This document shows positions 45,306 to 55,576 of a stretch of DNA of 56,095 bases, piece after piece. Both the position numbers and the translations under genes were made by a program. Source of the DNA: an uncultured virus (IMG/VR IMGVR_UViG_3300043256_000464) (lineage: Duplodnaviria; Heunggongvirae; Uroviricota; Caudoviricetes); the IMG/VR virus record IMGVR_UViG_3300043256_000464. One strand, given 5' to 3'. The notes under the pieces are model-generated. The model was not told where the DNA came from. It did not search any database and saw nothing but the letters and a program-made list of their open reading frames with translations. The first letter of the stretch is position 1, and the number at the start of each line of letters is the position of its first letter.

Positions 45306-47660
45306 TTATTTCCTATTTACGCGCACGATCACGTCCGCTACCTGATCCATGGTCTCATCAACTATTTCGCCGACCAAGCCTTCGCCCAAGTTGACATCAA
45401 CTTCCACGCGGCCCTCACCACCCTCCAGGCCGCCTCCCCTAAATCCGCCCCTCGGTCTACCGCTTGCCTGAGAAAAAGGCGTTATGTCCACCCGCTCCGA
45501 TTGTCCCTCGCCGACACTTATCAAAGTAGGAGAAGTTGCGATGAATGAACCGCCGCGCTGAAACGCTCGCGCGCCTCCGCCCCCGCCACCTCCGCCAACC
45601 GTAGGTTGCGAAACCCCACTGGCAAGTACGGATTGCCAGTATTTATAGACGGCAGTAATGTACCCATCCGGCCCATAGGCTGCTAGATATTCTTCATAAA
45701 CCAGCAACAATTCCTGGCGCGTAAGCCGCAACTCTGCGCTAAATCCTTCAACTAACAAATTAAGTTTGCTGTTAATTTGATCGCTGATTTCGGTCATCCG
45801 TCGATCAAATTGGATGCGTGCCTCTTCCCTTAATCGGTCCTCTTGCTCGCGAAGATCTGCTAGCTGCTCTTCGTATTCGTCCAGTCTTTCCAGTTTACGA
45901 ATTTCGCGCTCGCGTTCGATCTCAACCAGTTCATTTTTGAAATCCTCCTTAAGGCGCTTGGTTCTAATATTCTTCGTGCGTTCGAGTTGAGCTTTCTCCA
46001 AATTGAACTTGCGCTGCAGCATCAGAACGCCTCGGGCATCGCGTTCTCTGACCGCATCTTCTAGATCAAATAGAAATCTTTCCTCCAACTCCAGCATCTT
46101 TAACTTGAAGTCTTCCGTAAGCCTGAATTGCCTTTCTTGGAAATCTACGCTGGCCTTGACGCGATCTTCATATGCATCTTTTTCGATATCAACCAGGTCG
46201 CGGGCAAGATCCCTTTGAGCATCTGCCCTTCTTAGACCCATTCGGCGGCCTATGTCATCTAGTCGTTTTTCTAATGCGTCCTCGGCTTTTCTGCGAGATT
46301 CATCAGCGGCCTTCAGAATGTCATCGAAAGCTTTCTTGAGTCGGGAAGCAATAAGTTTTTCTAGACTAGTTTCCTCAGCCAAATCAGTAAGATTGGCCCA
46401 GGCAGCCCTTAATTCATTAATAGACTTGGCAGCCTGTCTATATTCGTCCTCCATATCCTGCAAGATCTGTTCTTGTGTTTTCCAACTGTCGGTACTTTCG
46501 GCGATTGACTGTTGCATGTTGTCTATTGCTTTTGCTGCGCCGTCCGCTGCCCTAGCCAAAGCGCCGCCCAAGAAGTCGGTTATTGGTTTGATTGCCTTCA
46601 AAATCCCCTTAGCCACTTCAAGAAAAATTAGGAACGCACCAACAAAGGTTTTTTTAATCGTAAGCGCCGCTAACTCTATGATGCTCTTAAAGTTTTTGTA
46701 GTGATGCACCATAATGATGATTGTTTCAACAAGCTGTAGGCTGATCTTGATGACCCTTTCAAGCAGAATAGCAAATAGCTGCATACCAATTGCTTTGATT
46801 GCTTTGCCCAATATATTAAAAGGAGTTGCCAGTCTTCCAATTTGAAGCTGTGCCCTTTGTGTTTGCTTGTCCAGGTTGCTCATCACATTGACGAGAGCAC
46901 CGGTTTCGTCTACGGTTTCCATATAAAGCGCAATGCTTTCCTGAATAGTCCGGCTTAACGCATTGAAGGCACGTCGAAGCGCATAAATACCAATGAACAT
47001 GCTAGCGAAACGCTTTATCAATCTCGTGGCAGTCTTGCCCATATTGCTCATGGCTTTCTGGTCGCGTTTAACTTCCTTGGTTTGGTCCTTAATAGCCCTC
47101 GTTTTCTTTTTGGCTGATTTCTCAACATCTAGTTCGGATTTCATAAACTCGTCTAGCTTCTTTCGGAAATCTACCGTCCCATCTGAAGCCAAGCGAAGTT
47201 CAATCAGTCTTTGTCTGATGCCTTCAGTGTCCTCATCGGTTAGCTGTTTGTGCTCCTTGATCTTTTCTATGACAGCCGGAAATGCTTCCTCGGCTTGTTG
47301 GACCATCAAATCGGTCAATCGCCCAACCTCTTCTGTTATCTCTTTCAAGGTCATATTAAGGACCTTCCCCTCTTTGGCAACGAGGTTGAATTCTTCAGAT
47401 AGAGCTTCCCTAAATCCAAGATCCTTGAGTTCCATTCTTTGGAAAGCCTGCTCCATGAACTTCTGCAAATCTGGTGCAAAACCTTCCATGTCTTTCTTAA
47501 AGGCTGAGAGGAATTTCTTCATGAAGATGCGTTCAATTTCCTCGGCTGATTTACCAGCTTCGCTAGCAGCCTCGTCAAGGCCTTGGCGGAATTGATCAAC
47601 AAAGGGCTGCATGAGCGCGTTGATTTCAACCCAAAGACGCTCTAGTGGTTCACTAGCCAT
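45306..47660 (-). CDS. Tail tape measure protein
   Basis: Long helical protein with a hydrophobic middle; C-terminal AFQRGG...VGE...ERV.ITP. Confidence 0.8.
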   Translation of the reverse strand: MASEPLERLWVEINALMQPFVDQFRQGLDEAASEAGKSAEEIERIFMKKFLSAFKKDMEGFAPDLQKFMEQAFQRMELKDLGFREALSEEFNLVAKEGKVLNMTLKEITEEVGRLTDLMVQQAEEAFPAVIEKIKEHKQLTDEDTEGIRQRLIELRLASDGTVDFRKKLDEFMKSELDVEKSAKKKTRAIKDQTKEVKRDQKAMSNMGKTATRLIKRFASMFIGIYALRRAFNALSRTIQESIALYMETVDETGALVNVMSNLDKQTQRAQLQIGRLATPFNILGKAIKAIGMQLFAILLERVIKISLQLVETIIIMVHHYKNFKSIIELAALTIKKTFVGAFLIFLEVAKGILKAIKPITDFLGGALARAADGAAKAIDNMQQSIAESTDSWKTQEQILQDMEDEYRQAAKSINELRAAWANLTDLAEETSLEKLIASRLKKAFDDILKAADESRRKAEDALEKRLDDIGRRMGLRRADAQRDLARDLVDIEKDAYEDRVKASVDFQERQFRLTEDFKLKMLELEERFLFDLEDAVRERDARGVLMLQRKFNLEKAQLERTKNIRTKRLKEDFKNELVEIEREREIRKLERLDEYEEQLADLREQEDRLREEARIQFDRRMTEISDQINSKLNLLVEGFSAELRLTRQELLLVYEEYLAAYGPDGYITAVYKYWQSVLASGVSQPTVGGGGGGGGARAFQRGGSFIATSPTLISVGEGQSERVDITPFSQASGRPRGGFRGGGLEGGEGRVEVDVNLGEGLVGEIVDETMDQVADVIVRVNRK

Positions 47661-47985
47661 CAGACCATCCTCTATCTAATATCCCTAGTGCAAATCCGGC
47701 ATCGATTAAGTCAGGAATGGGGTTGACAGAAAACCCATTTGCCAGATCTATGAATGCCTGTGCTCCGGTTGGATTTTTCTTAAACCTCTCGGAGATGTCG
47801 TCGAAGTGTTTGCCTTCCATGAGCGCCAAGAGCCTCCCGATATTTTCTTCGGTATTATCCTTGGCGAATCCCTTAGACAACACCGAGATCAAACCAGGGC
47901 CGTCTTCTGCTTTCGCTAGTTCGTCAATATACGGCCTCAGTATTTTGATGACTTCAATTGCCGGTCCGATGCTCATCGGCTTCAT
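47653..47985 (-). CDS. Tail assembly chaperone-like protein
   Basis: Between tail tube and tape measure. Confidence 0.45.
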   Translation of the reverse strand: MKPMSIGPAIEVIKILRPYIDELAKAEDGPGLISVLSKGFAKDNTEENIGRLLALMEGKHFDDISERFKKNPTGAQAFIDLANGFSVNPIPDLIDAGFALGILDRGWSDG

Positions 47986-48653
47986 TATGAAACTGCCTCG
48001 TATTCTTCAACAGTCCCGTCAATATGATGAACTGGGCCAATAGGAAGTAGGCGGCGATCAATCCTTGTTTTCACGCTTTCTTCATCACGAACAACCATCC
48101 ACAGCGGGCGTTGAAGAGGGGTGTATTTGCTCTTTTTGCTTGCCTCATCATAAGGATAGGCAACGTCTGATAATGAATGTAGGAATTCCCTGTTTGTTTG
48201 TTCGTCTGCCTCGATTTCCTGGATAAATCCAAGGGCCTCCTCGATCCAAAGATTTTCGATGTTCTCTCTGGTCCAGTTGTAGGCCTTAGCAATGATATGA
48301 ATCCAGCTAATTTTCAATCTCTCGGGATGATTCCAGGGAACTGATAGTTGACTAGATTTGGAGTGTTTCAAAATAGCAAACTCTCCTCTAACTGCATTCA
48401 TGCTAGCTATCCTGATAAAAGCATTTATGGTCTCGTACCAGGGTGCCTGACCGAATATGCCGCGCTCAAAATCATTTTGTATTGACGCGGAAAGATAGCG
48501 GAATAGCACATCTGCTATCGTTCCGCTACCATCTTCCTTGACAGCCTCCGCTAGATCAGACTGGAGGGTTTCAAGTGTGAGATATAGCCCGAGGCGGGCA
48601 CGGACCACAACGTATTCCTGCCCGCCCAGGCTAAGTTCGACGCTATTCTCCAT
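47985..48653 (-). CDS. Tail assembly chaperone-like protein
   Basis: Between tail tube and tape measure; IA..YNWT.E.I..L. Confidence 0.45.
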   Translation of the reverse strand: MENSVELSLGGQEYVVVRARLGLYLTLETLQSDLAEAVKEDGSGTIADVLFRYLSASIQNDFERGIFGQAPWYETINAFIRIASMNAVRGEFAILKHSKSSQLSVPWNHPERLKISWIHIIAKAYNWTRENIENLWIEEALGFIQEIEADEQTNREFLHSLSDVAYPYDEASKKSKYTPLQRPLWMVVRDEESVKTRIDRRLLPIGPVHHIDGTVEEYEAVS

Positions 48654-48672
48654 CAGGATTGCTCCGTCAGGA

Positions 48673-49305
48673 TTAAAGTTCGCTCTCGTCCTGCCGGATC
48701 ACAGTGGCGAATTCTTGACCAGCCGCAGTCTGAGTGGTCGCCAATGCCCAGGCTGAAATTCCGCCGAGCATCCACTTATCTCCACTCACCATGGCGATCG
48801 TCCAGGGGTCCACAAACTGTGCGCGATGAAGCGTGATCGTCAACAAATCGCCCGTGGCATCGTCATATACCTTTGGCAGGTACAGATGGTAATAGGCGTT
48901 GTTATTGATCGGACCAAGACCCATCTTCTCTCGATTCTCACCAGCATTGGTCACAACCGTTCCGCCCCTGATCAGGGGAGAAATGTTTGCCAGTGGAAAT
49001 AGCGAGGAAAGAGCGAAGCTGAATACAAGGTGATTCCGCTTCTGGATCACCGCGCGGTCGCCCACCTGATCGCAGCGAACTGCATTCACGGTCAAGTCGT
49101 CTGCAAGAGAAACATCCTCATAGCAGGCAAGTTCATAGACCGGGTATGTTGCGCTTCCGGTCAATCCCCAATAGTAACCATCACCATCGGGGTTGAACCT
49201 GAGAGCCGCCGCCTGGTCTTGGTAATAGATATATGGCGCTCCCTCGATGAAAATTTCTTCTTGCTGGTTAATCACTCCCAGCGGTAGTCCAGTTAGAAGT
49301 GGCAT
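48673..49305 (-). CDS. Major tail tube protein
   Basis: Position; beta-rich, ~210 aa; GGAGG RBS before ATG 49305. Confidence 0.6.
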   Translation of the reverse strand: MPLLTGLPLGVINQQEEIFIEGAPYIYYQDQAAALRFNPDGDGYYWGLTGSATYPVYELACYEDVSLADDLTVNAVRCDQVGDRAVIQKRNHLVFSFALSSLFPLANISPLIRGGTVVTNAGENREKMGLGPINNNAYYHLYLPKVYDDATGDLLTITLHRAQFVDPWTIAMVSGDKWMLGGISAWALATTQTAAGQEFATVIRQDESEL

Positions 49306-49333
49306 GTCGTTTCCTCCTGCCTGTTCTGGCCGA

Positions 49334-49696
49334 TCATTGATCGGCAATCACAAAATAGGTTCGTCCACCAGAACCGCAACACGCGCGTCCGCTGCGGTTA
49401 TAGCCCATGACAAACTCAACGTCTTCGTCAGCAACCAAAATCATTTCGCCAGTACGATGCCACACATAGAGCGCTCCGCTGGGTGCTTCGGGAAGAATGA
49501 TCTTTCCCGGCCACGCGGACTGAACCGTGGTTTCTCCACTTGGCGACTCTTCGACTGTGCTTGCTATGGGGAGCTGTTGCCCCTCTTCGATCTCCAAGCG
49601 CTTTACCTCTGACTCAGTTGTCGCGGGCTTGTCAGAGACACGCTTATTTGAATCTTGTTTATTGGTCCTTGTTATTTTTCTTCTCATAAATCCCAC
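49334..49696 (-). CDS. Hypothetical structural-module protein
   Basis: AAGGAG RBS before GTG. Confidence 0.5.
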   Translation of the reverse strand: MGFMRRKITRTNKQDSNKRVSDKPATTESEVKRLEIEEGQQLPIASTVEESPSGETTVQSAWPGKIILPEAPSGALYVWHRTGEMILVADEDVEFVMGYNRSGRACCGSGGRTYFVIADQ

Positions 49697-49699
49697 TCC

Positions 49700-50140
49700 T
49701 TAAGCGACTGGAACGCTAAAGTCAGCTCTCGCGTAGATCACGCCGTTGAAAGTTACTTCTGCCATCCAAAGATTCTTCGATACCCTCCGAGGGTTGCTCC
49801 AGCCAGCATTTCTGAACCATGAATACCATCCCGTTCCCTGAAAATTCCGTCTATGCAATCTTGTGTTTACATCACCAGCAATGACATTGCATGGACGACT
49901 CGATCCACCCTCTCCATAGCTCCTGACAATAAATATCAGCCTAGAATGATCGCATTGCTCCCCCCGGTCAGTAATAGCGGTGTTGCTTATGATCGCTAGC
50001 CTCACCGCTGGAAAAGCGAAGTCCGCTCCTTGATACTGAGCCTCCCTAACCTCTCCCGCGCTAGCTAAGCGAGCTGTCAGGGTTGAATAAGCCAGCAAAT
50101 CAGCCAGGATATCAGCCTGGATCTGGTGGTTTACTATCAT
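49700..50140 (-). CDS. Tail completion/terminator-like protein
   Basis: I...L.A...L...L pattern, FP.V; position. Confidence 0.55.
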   Translation of the reverse strand: MIVNHQIQADILADLLAYSTLTARLASAGEVREAQYQGADFAFPAVRLAIISNTAITDRGEQCDHSRLIFIVRSYGEGGSSRPCNVIAGDVNTRLHRRNFQGTGWYSWFRNAGWSNPRRVSKNLWMAEVTFNGVIYARADFSVPVA

Positions 50141-50697
50141 GGATAAAGCTTCTTGCCAACAGCATTCGATGTCGCACCAGATCTGCCCAACTCAGCAACA
50201 AGCGCGCTCAGTAACAAGCTCCTGCCTTCTATTTCGGTTTCCATTAGCGCGGGCCTCAAATACGGCTGCGCTGGAACACCGGGATGCATGACTTTTCCAA
50301 AGAAAAACAGACCGGTTCTTGGATCTCGCATATGTTCTACTTCTGCCGGAGCTCCCTCCCATTCAAATGCCAATGATTTCGTTGGCGGAATAGGTTCGAT
50401 GGGATACTTAGCTGGCAACTCAGGATCGTGTAATCCAGAGCCTAGCTCCTGAGCAGGCGCGTATTCGAGGTTGGTACCGATTGCTATTGTCATAATCTGC
50501 CACCCAGCACCCCCAATTTCGCCAGCAAAAATACTTCTTGCCAATTCACCTGATGCGACAGGGGCTTTAAGACTAGCCCTCTGAGCCACTAATTCAGCCC
50601 AGGCAGTTAAACCCACGCGCACGCCGACAATCATCCGTACAAGAAACCGCTCTTTTCCCGTATCGCCTCCTCCCTTGGAAGCATAGACAGTAGCCAT
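50137..50697 (-). CDS. HK97 gp10-like tail component
   Basis: APVASGELARSI, IGTNLEYA..QELG, HPG.PAQPYLRPA. Confidence 0.8.
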   Translation of the reverse strand: MATVYASKGGGDTGKERFLVRMIVGVRVGLTAWAELVAQRASLKAPVASGELARSIFAGEIGGAGWQIMTIAIGTNLEYAPAQELGSGLHDPELPAKYPIEPIPPTKSLAFEWEGAPAEVEHMRDPRTGLFFFGKVMHPGVPAQPYLRPALMETEIEGRSLLLSALVAELGRSGATSNAVGKKLYP

Positions 50698-51080
50698 TAC
50701 ATTAAGCTCTCAACTCGGTCTCGATCCACGCGACTTGTTCGCATTCGTATAAATCTCTTTCGATTTTTCGGATGCATCGGTGGCTGCTGCACATTCTCCA
50801 CTCTCCAAAACTCATTGAGATTGGGATGACCCGCCGGACCAACAATCTGAAGCTGGTCACGCTCAAAAATCGTCAGGCTACCCGCGCGAGGACGAATCAA
50901 AACGTCCGCCAATCTTGGTACTTCAAGTCCCTGCTCGAGACTCATTTGACTTGGATTCAACACATTCAAATGCCCCCGAACAGACGATGCAATCACGGTT
51001 CCTGTCAAGACTGCCCCGCCCACATCATCGTCCTGAAAAGTGATCCGATGAATGTCGAAAATTACAACGAGTCCCTGCAT
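50697..51080 (-). CDS. Head-tail joining/closure protein
   Basis: DDVGG motif; position. Confidence 0.55.
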   Translation of the reverse strand: MQGLVVIFDIHRITFQDDDVGGAVLTGTVIASSVRGHLNVLNPSQMSLEQGLEVPRLADVLIRPRAGSLTIFERDQLQIVGPAGHPNLNEFWRVENVQQPPMHPKNRKRFIRMRTSRVDRDRVESLM

Positions 51081-51796
51081 CAGAATTTAAACGCTCTCTT
51101 CTTTTTAAGGTGCCTCACCAATTGAACCGCTCTATTCATTCGTGCACTATTTCCAAGCGGAGTCACTTCTAGGCTTTCCGGAAGCGGCGTCTCCGAATAT
51201 CCTAGCGTGGACCAGTTCTTCACTCCCGGAGCTCCTGGCCCGCCAGGGTTTGCTCCTGGATCGACTATCTCGTTTAAGACCTCTTCCGCTTTCATCGCAA
51301 GTGCCATATGCAAGCTCAAATCATCTGCAGCAATTCCAGTAGGAAGCCCAGCGGTAAATGCGACCTGAACTTGGTATGGAAGAGATGCGGAACCGCATTG
51401 CTGACGAACCAAATTCCCGATACAGAAAACGTCTAGATATCCGATTCTGTCTCTGATACGGTAGCAGCCATCCGTGGCCTGAAGTCCGCATGTTCCAGTT
51501 CCGCCTCCAGAAAGAACAGAGACAGCCTCGATCGACTGAAGCCACGTAAATGGAAGCTTAATCGTGCTTTCTCCGATCGTGTAACTGTCCATTCCTCTCA
51601 GGCTTGGCCATATGAATGTCCCTGTTATGGCTGTTGGCAGAAGGGGTGTTTTCAAATACTGAATCATGGCCTGCTCTGCCATGAGGTATGCTGCGTTCCT
51701 CTGTGTGGCCGTCCCCGTATAAAGCGGATCGCCAATGTACGAAAAGTACAGAGCGTCCGTCAGAATTACCGAGGAAGTATGAACCCATTCGAGCAC
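51080..51796 (-). CDS. Head-tail adaptor protein
   Basis: AE.A...YL, LP..W.Q.I..V, V.V.FTAG; position. Confidence 0.55.
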   Translation of the reverse strand: MLEWVHTSSVILTDALYFSYIGDPLYTGTATQRNAAYLMAEQAMIQYLKTPLLPTAITGTFIWPSLRGMDSYTIGESTIKLPFTWLQSIEAVSVLSGGGTGTCGLQATDGCYRIRDRIGYLDVFCIGNLVRQQCGSASLPYQVQVAFTAGLPTGIAADDLSLHMALAMKAEEVLNEIVDPGANPGGPGAPGVKNWSTLGYSETPLPESLEVTPLGNSARMNRAVQLVRHLKKKRAFKF

Positions 51797-51799
51797 AGA

Positions 51800-52102
51800 C
51801 TAACCTCCCGGTATTGGTACATCGTCCGGAATTCGCCCAGCCACCGCAATGCCACTTTTCTGAGCCAGTTGGCGCGCCATCTCCGCTTCTTGAGCCATGA
51901 TGACCTGCTTGCCCTTCATCCGTAGATATTCACCAATAGCGAGCATCTGAAACGGGTCAACATTTTGAAATGCGATATCCGCAATAGAAGCCGTGTTTCC
52001 ACTGAAGATGACAACTAATTTCGAATCCTCTTCAGCCACTCGATATCCTGGGGACAACTTCGGTCGAGCCTGTAGAGCTTCATCTGGTCCGTTACCTGAC
52101 AT
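51800..52102 (-). CDS. Hypothetical protein
   Basis: AAGGAG RBS before ATG 52102. Confidence 0.55.
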   Translation of the reverse strand: MSGNGPDEALQARPKLSPGYRVAEEDSKLVVIFSGNTASIADIAFQNVDPFQMLAIGEYLRMKGKQVIMAQEAEMARQLAQKSGIAVAGRIPDDVPIPGG

Positions 52103-52168
52103 GTTTGGTCTCCTTAAATAGATAAAGTTGGTTGCGCGGGAAAAGAGCAGATTCCTACCTATACACAA

Positions 52169-52192
52169 TCGTAGGGCATGGATGCCCTACGA
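52169..52192. repeat. 11-bp inverted repeat (GTAG REP-like hairpin)
   Basis: TCGTAGGGCAT-GG-ATGCCCTACGA, intergenic. Confidence 0.5.
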
Positions 52193-52228
52193 CCAAATAC
52201 TTTGCACCTGTTTAATTAAGTGGGTTGG

Positions 52229-53143
52229 TTAGTAATATCGATAGGCGTCCCATTGCAAATGTTGGGCCCATCGACCTTTGAAGATTGTAGCATTTACGCT
52301 TAGGGGGAAACCGCCTTTTCCTGCACCTTGCTTGATTGAACCTCCAACATAGTGATAGCCTCGGGCTTCGGGATTGAAGACAACCTTCGCGCCAAAGCTT
52401 CTCACGGCAAAACAGAATTCCATATCTTCGTAAGTCCCCGCGCCATAGACGGTGGCAAGGCCGCCAGCCCTCTGCCAAAGTTCACGCCGCGTCATGAAGC
52501 ACGCACCTGTCACGGCCTGCATTTCGCGATGCTGGTTGACTCGCGGATTATCGGGAGTCCAGCCAATGAAAATATGAAAAGGATCACCATTGATATCAAA
52601 AGCAATCCCAGCGCTCTGGACGCCTCCAGCAGGTCCATGAGGGGATTCATCGACAGGAAACAGAAGTAGCGGAGCCACAATTCCCACCTCTGGATTATCC
52701 ATTTCCTTGACCATCGTGGTGATCGATCCGGGTTCCAAGTAGACATCAGAAGTAAGAACAAGAATCAAGGGACTATTCCCTTTGGATGCAGCCGTGTTCA
52801 TGCCACCAGGATAACCAGCATTTTCTTCCAGCCTCACAAACTGATCTTGAGGCCTGAGCATCTTTCTAACAGCCTCGGCTTGTTCCTTTGGAGTAACCAC
52901 CCTGGAATCATCGTCAGAAGGCGACCAGGCCGGAGTGCCATTGTCTATCAGAATAATTCTATAGCCACTCTCTAACCCTGCGGCGGCTTCCTCGATTTGC
53001 GATAAGGCCCTTTCAAGCATGTCCCATTCACCAAAAACGGTCATACAAACATCCAAAAGAGCAGTCGGAGAACGCTGTGCCTTCGTTTGCCTTCTGGCGA
53101 TACCTTGTTTCGGCTGTCTATTTCTCTTCCGCTTTCTAGCCAT
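52229..53143 (-). CDS. Glycosyltransferase family 2
   Basis: IILIDNG, ENAGY..GMN, LTSD, AVTGACFM, YED.EFC. Confidence 0.88.
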   Translation of the reverse strand: MARKRKRNRQPKQGIARRQTKAQRSPTALLDVCMTVFGEWDMLERALSQIEEAAAGLESGYRIILIDNGTPAWSPSDDDSRVVTPKEQAEAVRKMLRPQDQFVRLEENAGYPGGMNTAASKGNSPLILVLTSDVYLEPGSITTMVKEMDNPEVGIVAPLLLFPVDESPHGPAGGVQSAGIAFDINGDPFHIFIGWTPDNPRVNQHREMQAVTGACFMTRRELWQRAGGLATVYGAGTYEDMEFCFAVRSFGAKVVFNPEARGYHYVGGSIKQGAGKGGFPLSVNATIFKGRWAQHLQWDAYRYY

Positions 53144-54449
53144 TTAGCATGTCCTCTTCTTCTACGATAGCCGGAATTGGCCTAGGCATCATCGCGGGAG
53201 TGACTCCTGCTGGCGGAGTCAAATCGGGTTCCGCAATCTGGGTTTTAGACACACCCGATTTAATCATCAACTCCAAAACTTCCCCCGCCTTCTGCCAGGT
53301 CCTTGTTCTGGAATAGTCAAGTGCTGCATCAGTTATTTGCCTGAGTTTATCTGCTTTCAGTCTAGAGATTTTCAACAGCATCTCCGCTCCCGCCTTTGGA
53401 TCTGCATATGCCCTTACAGAATTCCCCCAAGGATCGATACTGGCATATTCAACTGGGATAGTAAAACCCCTAACGCCCTGCGGTTTTCCTTTGCCCCATG
53501 ATCCTTCTTTTACTCGAGACCAGTCCGGATCGGCATAAATGTGTTCAAGCATTGCCGTACAATTGGTTGCCAATACCGGCGTCCCACAAGCCATGGCTTC
53601 TAAGACGGGCATACAAAGCCCCTCGGCCTTTGACGTAAGAAGGAACGCATCCGCCGCAGCGTAGAGAATCCAGAGTCTATCGAACGGAAGTCCCCTGTCG
53701 AATTTCGTGAACGCCTCCGTAATGTCAAGCTGCATGGCCAGATCGTCTAGCTTCCACCCAACAGGAGAATCGACGCGCGTAACCAAGACCCACTTCGCAT
53801 CGATTTTTTTCCTAACTCTTGAAATAATGTCTGCTGCGATGCTCAGGTTTTTTCTTTCTTGATTATCGGCAACAGTCAAAACTATAAATTCATCTTCTTC
53901 AAACCCCAGTGACTTTCTGATGGTCTGCCTTTCTTGCTCAGAAGGCGGACGCCACGATTCGGTATCGATCCCAACAGGTAGATATGTTGCATCGACTCCG
54001 GCATTCTCAATCATCAGTTTGCCAAATTCAGAAATCACCAAACGCTCTGTCATCAGCGATAGGGACGCGGACCACGAATTGCAAAGTGGCCCTGACTCTA
54101 CTGGGAAGATCCCGATATAAGGAGTCCCCTCCCGATTTATTTGAAGTAGCTTTTCTTGTAGCGGAATGTCGAGAGCCACAACAATTGCTTCAATCGGCGA
54201 CCACTGGCCAGAGCTACCAAGGTATTGAAAATTGTGAATAATCGCAGGAATGCTTTGAAACATCTCGTTCTGAGGGACTGGAATAATCGAGAATGGCCAA
54301 TGATGTTCGGAACCATCGTACCCAATGCCGAGTGCAGTCACCTTGCGATCGTGACGTGTGACTAATTCATTGCAAAGATTAACGACAATCTGCGTGTAAC
54401 CCGAGTTTTTTAAACCGAAATCCGAAATCACAATCGTCATGGGCTTCAT
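53136..54449 (-). CDS. Glycosyltransferase family 4 (GT-B)
   Basis: SGY, GIDT, NQERKN, YAAADAF...SKAEG..MPVLEAMACG.PV. Confidence 0.88.
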   Translation of the reverse strand: MKPMTIVISDFGLKNSGYTQIVVNLCNELVTRHDRKVTALGIGYDGSEHHWPFSIIPVPQNEMFQSIPAIIHNFQYLGSSGQWSPIEAIVVALDIPLQEKLLQINREGTPYIGIFPVESGPLCNSWSASLSLMTERLVISEFGKLMIENAGVDATYLPVGIDTESWRPPSEQERQTIRKSLGFEEDEFIVLTVADNQERKNLSIAADIISRVRKKIDAKWVLVTRVDSPVGWKLDDLAMQLDITEAFTKFDRGLPFDRLWILYAAADAFLLTSKAEGLCMPVLEAMACGTPVLATNCTAMLEHIYADPDWSRVKEGSWGKGKPQGVRGFTIPVEYASIDPWGNSVRAYADPKAGAEMLLKISRLKADKLRQITDAALDYSRTRTWQKAGEVLELMIKSGVSKTQIAEPDLTPPAGVTPAMMPRPIPAIVEEEDMLNG

Positions 54450-55576
54450 ATGGGCAACCTCCCTTCTTCAAATAAATATTCCCACTTCTCCGCAATCTTG
54501 TCCCAATCAAAACGGAGTCTAGCAGCAAGCATCATGCCATCAATCCTGTCTTCTAGGTAATCCCTTTCCTTAGTTGCAAGTGAACAAATGCGATCCACAA
54601 AATTTTCTCTCAGGGCTGTCGGATTCCGTAGATCTCCCATTGCCTTTATTCCAAACTCATTGGTGCTAGACAAAGCCCCGATAGGAGTTGTGACCGGGAA
54701 AGCTCCTGCAACCTGACACTCTGCTGCTGAGATACAAAACAGTTCCTCATAAATACAAGGATAGGGCATGATTTCGGATTCCAGTTGAAATTTTATCAAC
54801 TCGTCTCTATATACTTTGCCATAAAAGGTCACGCCTTTCATTCCTGCCCAATTCAATCTGTGTTGTGCGTTATTTGCTTTGGCCCCCCACAACCTATAAT
54901 CACTTGTTATTGATAGGGTTGCATCAGGCACTTGCGCAAGAATAAGCGGCCATGCCGCGTGTAAAATCGAAAGTCCTCGATCAGGAACGCTGCAGAAGAT
55001 CATCCTGTTTTTGATTTTTGATACTTGAGATGCTTCAATCTTATAGTCAATGGGTTTTCCATCATCATCTTTCTTGCCCCTGTCGATCCACAAGACACGA
55101 TCACTATAATCATTGAGCCTCACGCCAAGGTCTATGTGTCCAATCTTTTTGGGATCGATCCCATATTTTTCCAAATGGTATTTAGTATGATATGGACTGA
55201 TCGTGACACAGAAATCGACTGCCTGCGACAAAACCTTGAAATTTCCTACTGTATGCTGATCCGTTGACCACCACACTTTTCGCAGATTCACTTTAGCGCC
55301 AACCAGAAGAGGATTAGGGCTTCGAAAAACAATTAAGACATCTCGCTTGCCCTGGGCGCGTGCATTAAAATGTCTTCGCGATCTATATGTAACGCCATCA
55401 TCGAACTTCGCTTCTTTAACGGGATCATTGAAGACAGTAACCTTGTGCCCTCTGGCAGCAAAGGTAGCCATCAGATTAACCATGGCGAGTTCTGCGCCAC
55501 CAACGCCCTTACCGAAAACATCTGGAGGGATTACACCTATTGGTGAACCATCGTTAGCGATAAGATCAATATTCAT
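54446..55576 (-). CDS. Glycosyltransferase family 4 (GT-B)
   Basis: GVGGAE, S.PDRGL, YP..YEELFCISAAECQ.AG. Confidence 0.85.
   Translation of the reverse strand: MNIDLIANDGSPIGVIPPDVFGKGVGGAELAMVNLMATFAARGHKVTVFNDPVKEAKFDDGVTYRSRRHFNARAQGKRDVLIVFRSPNPLLVGAKVNLRKVWWSTDQHTVGNFKVLSQAVDFCVTISPYHTKYHLEKYGIDPKKIGHIDLGVRLNDYSDRVLWIDRGKKDDDGKPIDYKIEASQVSKIKNRMIFCSVPDRGLSILHAAWPLILAQVPDATLSITSDYRLWGAKANNAQHRLNWAGMKGVTFYGKVYRDELIKFQLESEIMPYPCIYEELFCISAAECQVAGAFPVTTPIGALSSTNEFGIKAMGDLRNPTALRENFVDRICSLATKERDYLEDRIDGMMLAARLRFDWDKIAEKWEYLFEEGRLPI

Noticed and set aside
47653..48653. Programmed frameshift between the tail chaperone genes
   Set aside because: The genes are TAATG-coupled with separate starts; no clear slippery site identified
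52169..52192. REP/RAYT mobile element family
   Set aside because: Single copy and no RAYT gene in the window; kept only as a hairpin
53315..53332. Possible self-target of the 44525 guide (AGTCAAGTGCT)
   Set aside because: Only 11 contiguous nt of the predicted 18-mer match; compatible with chance
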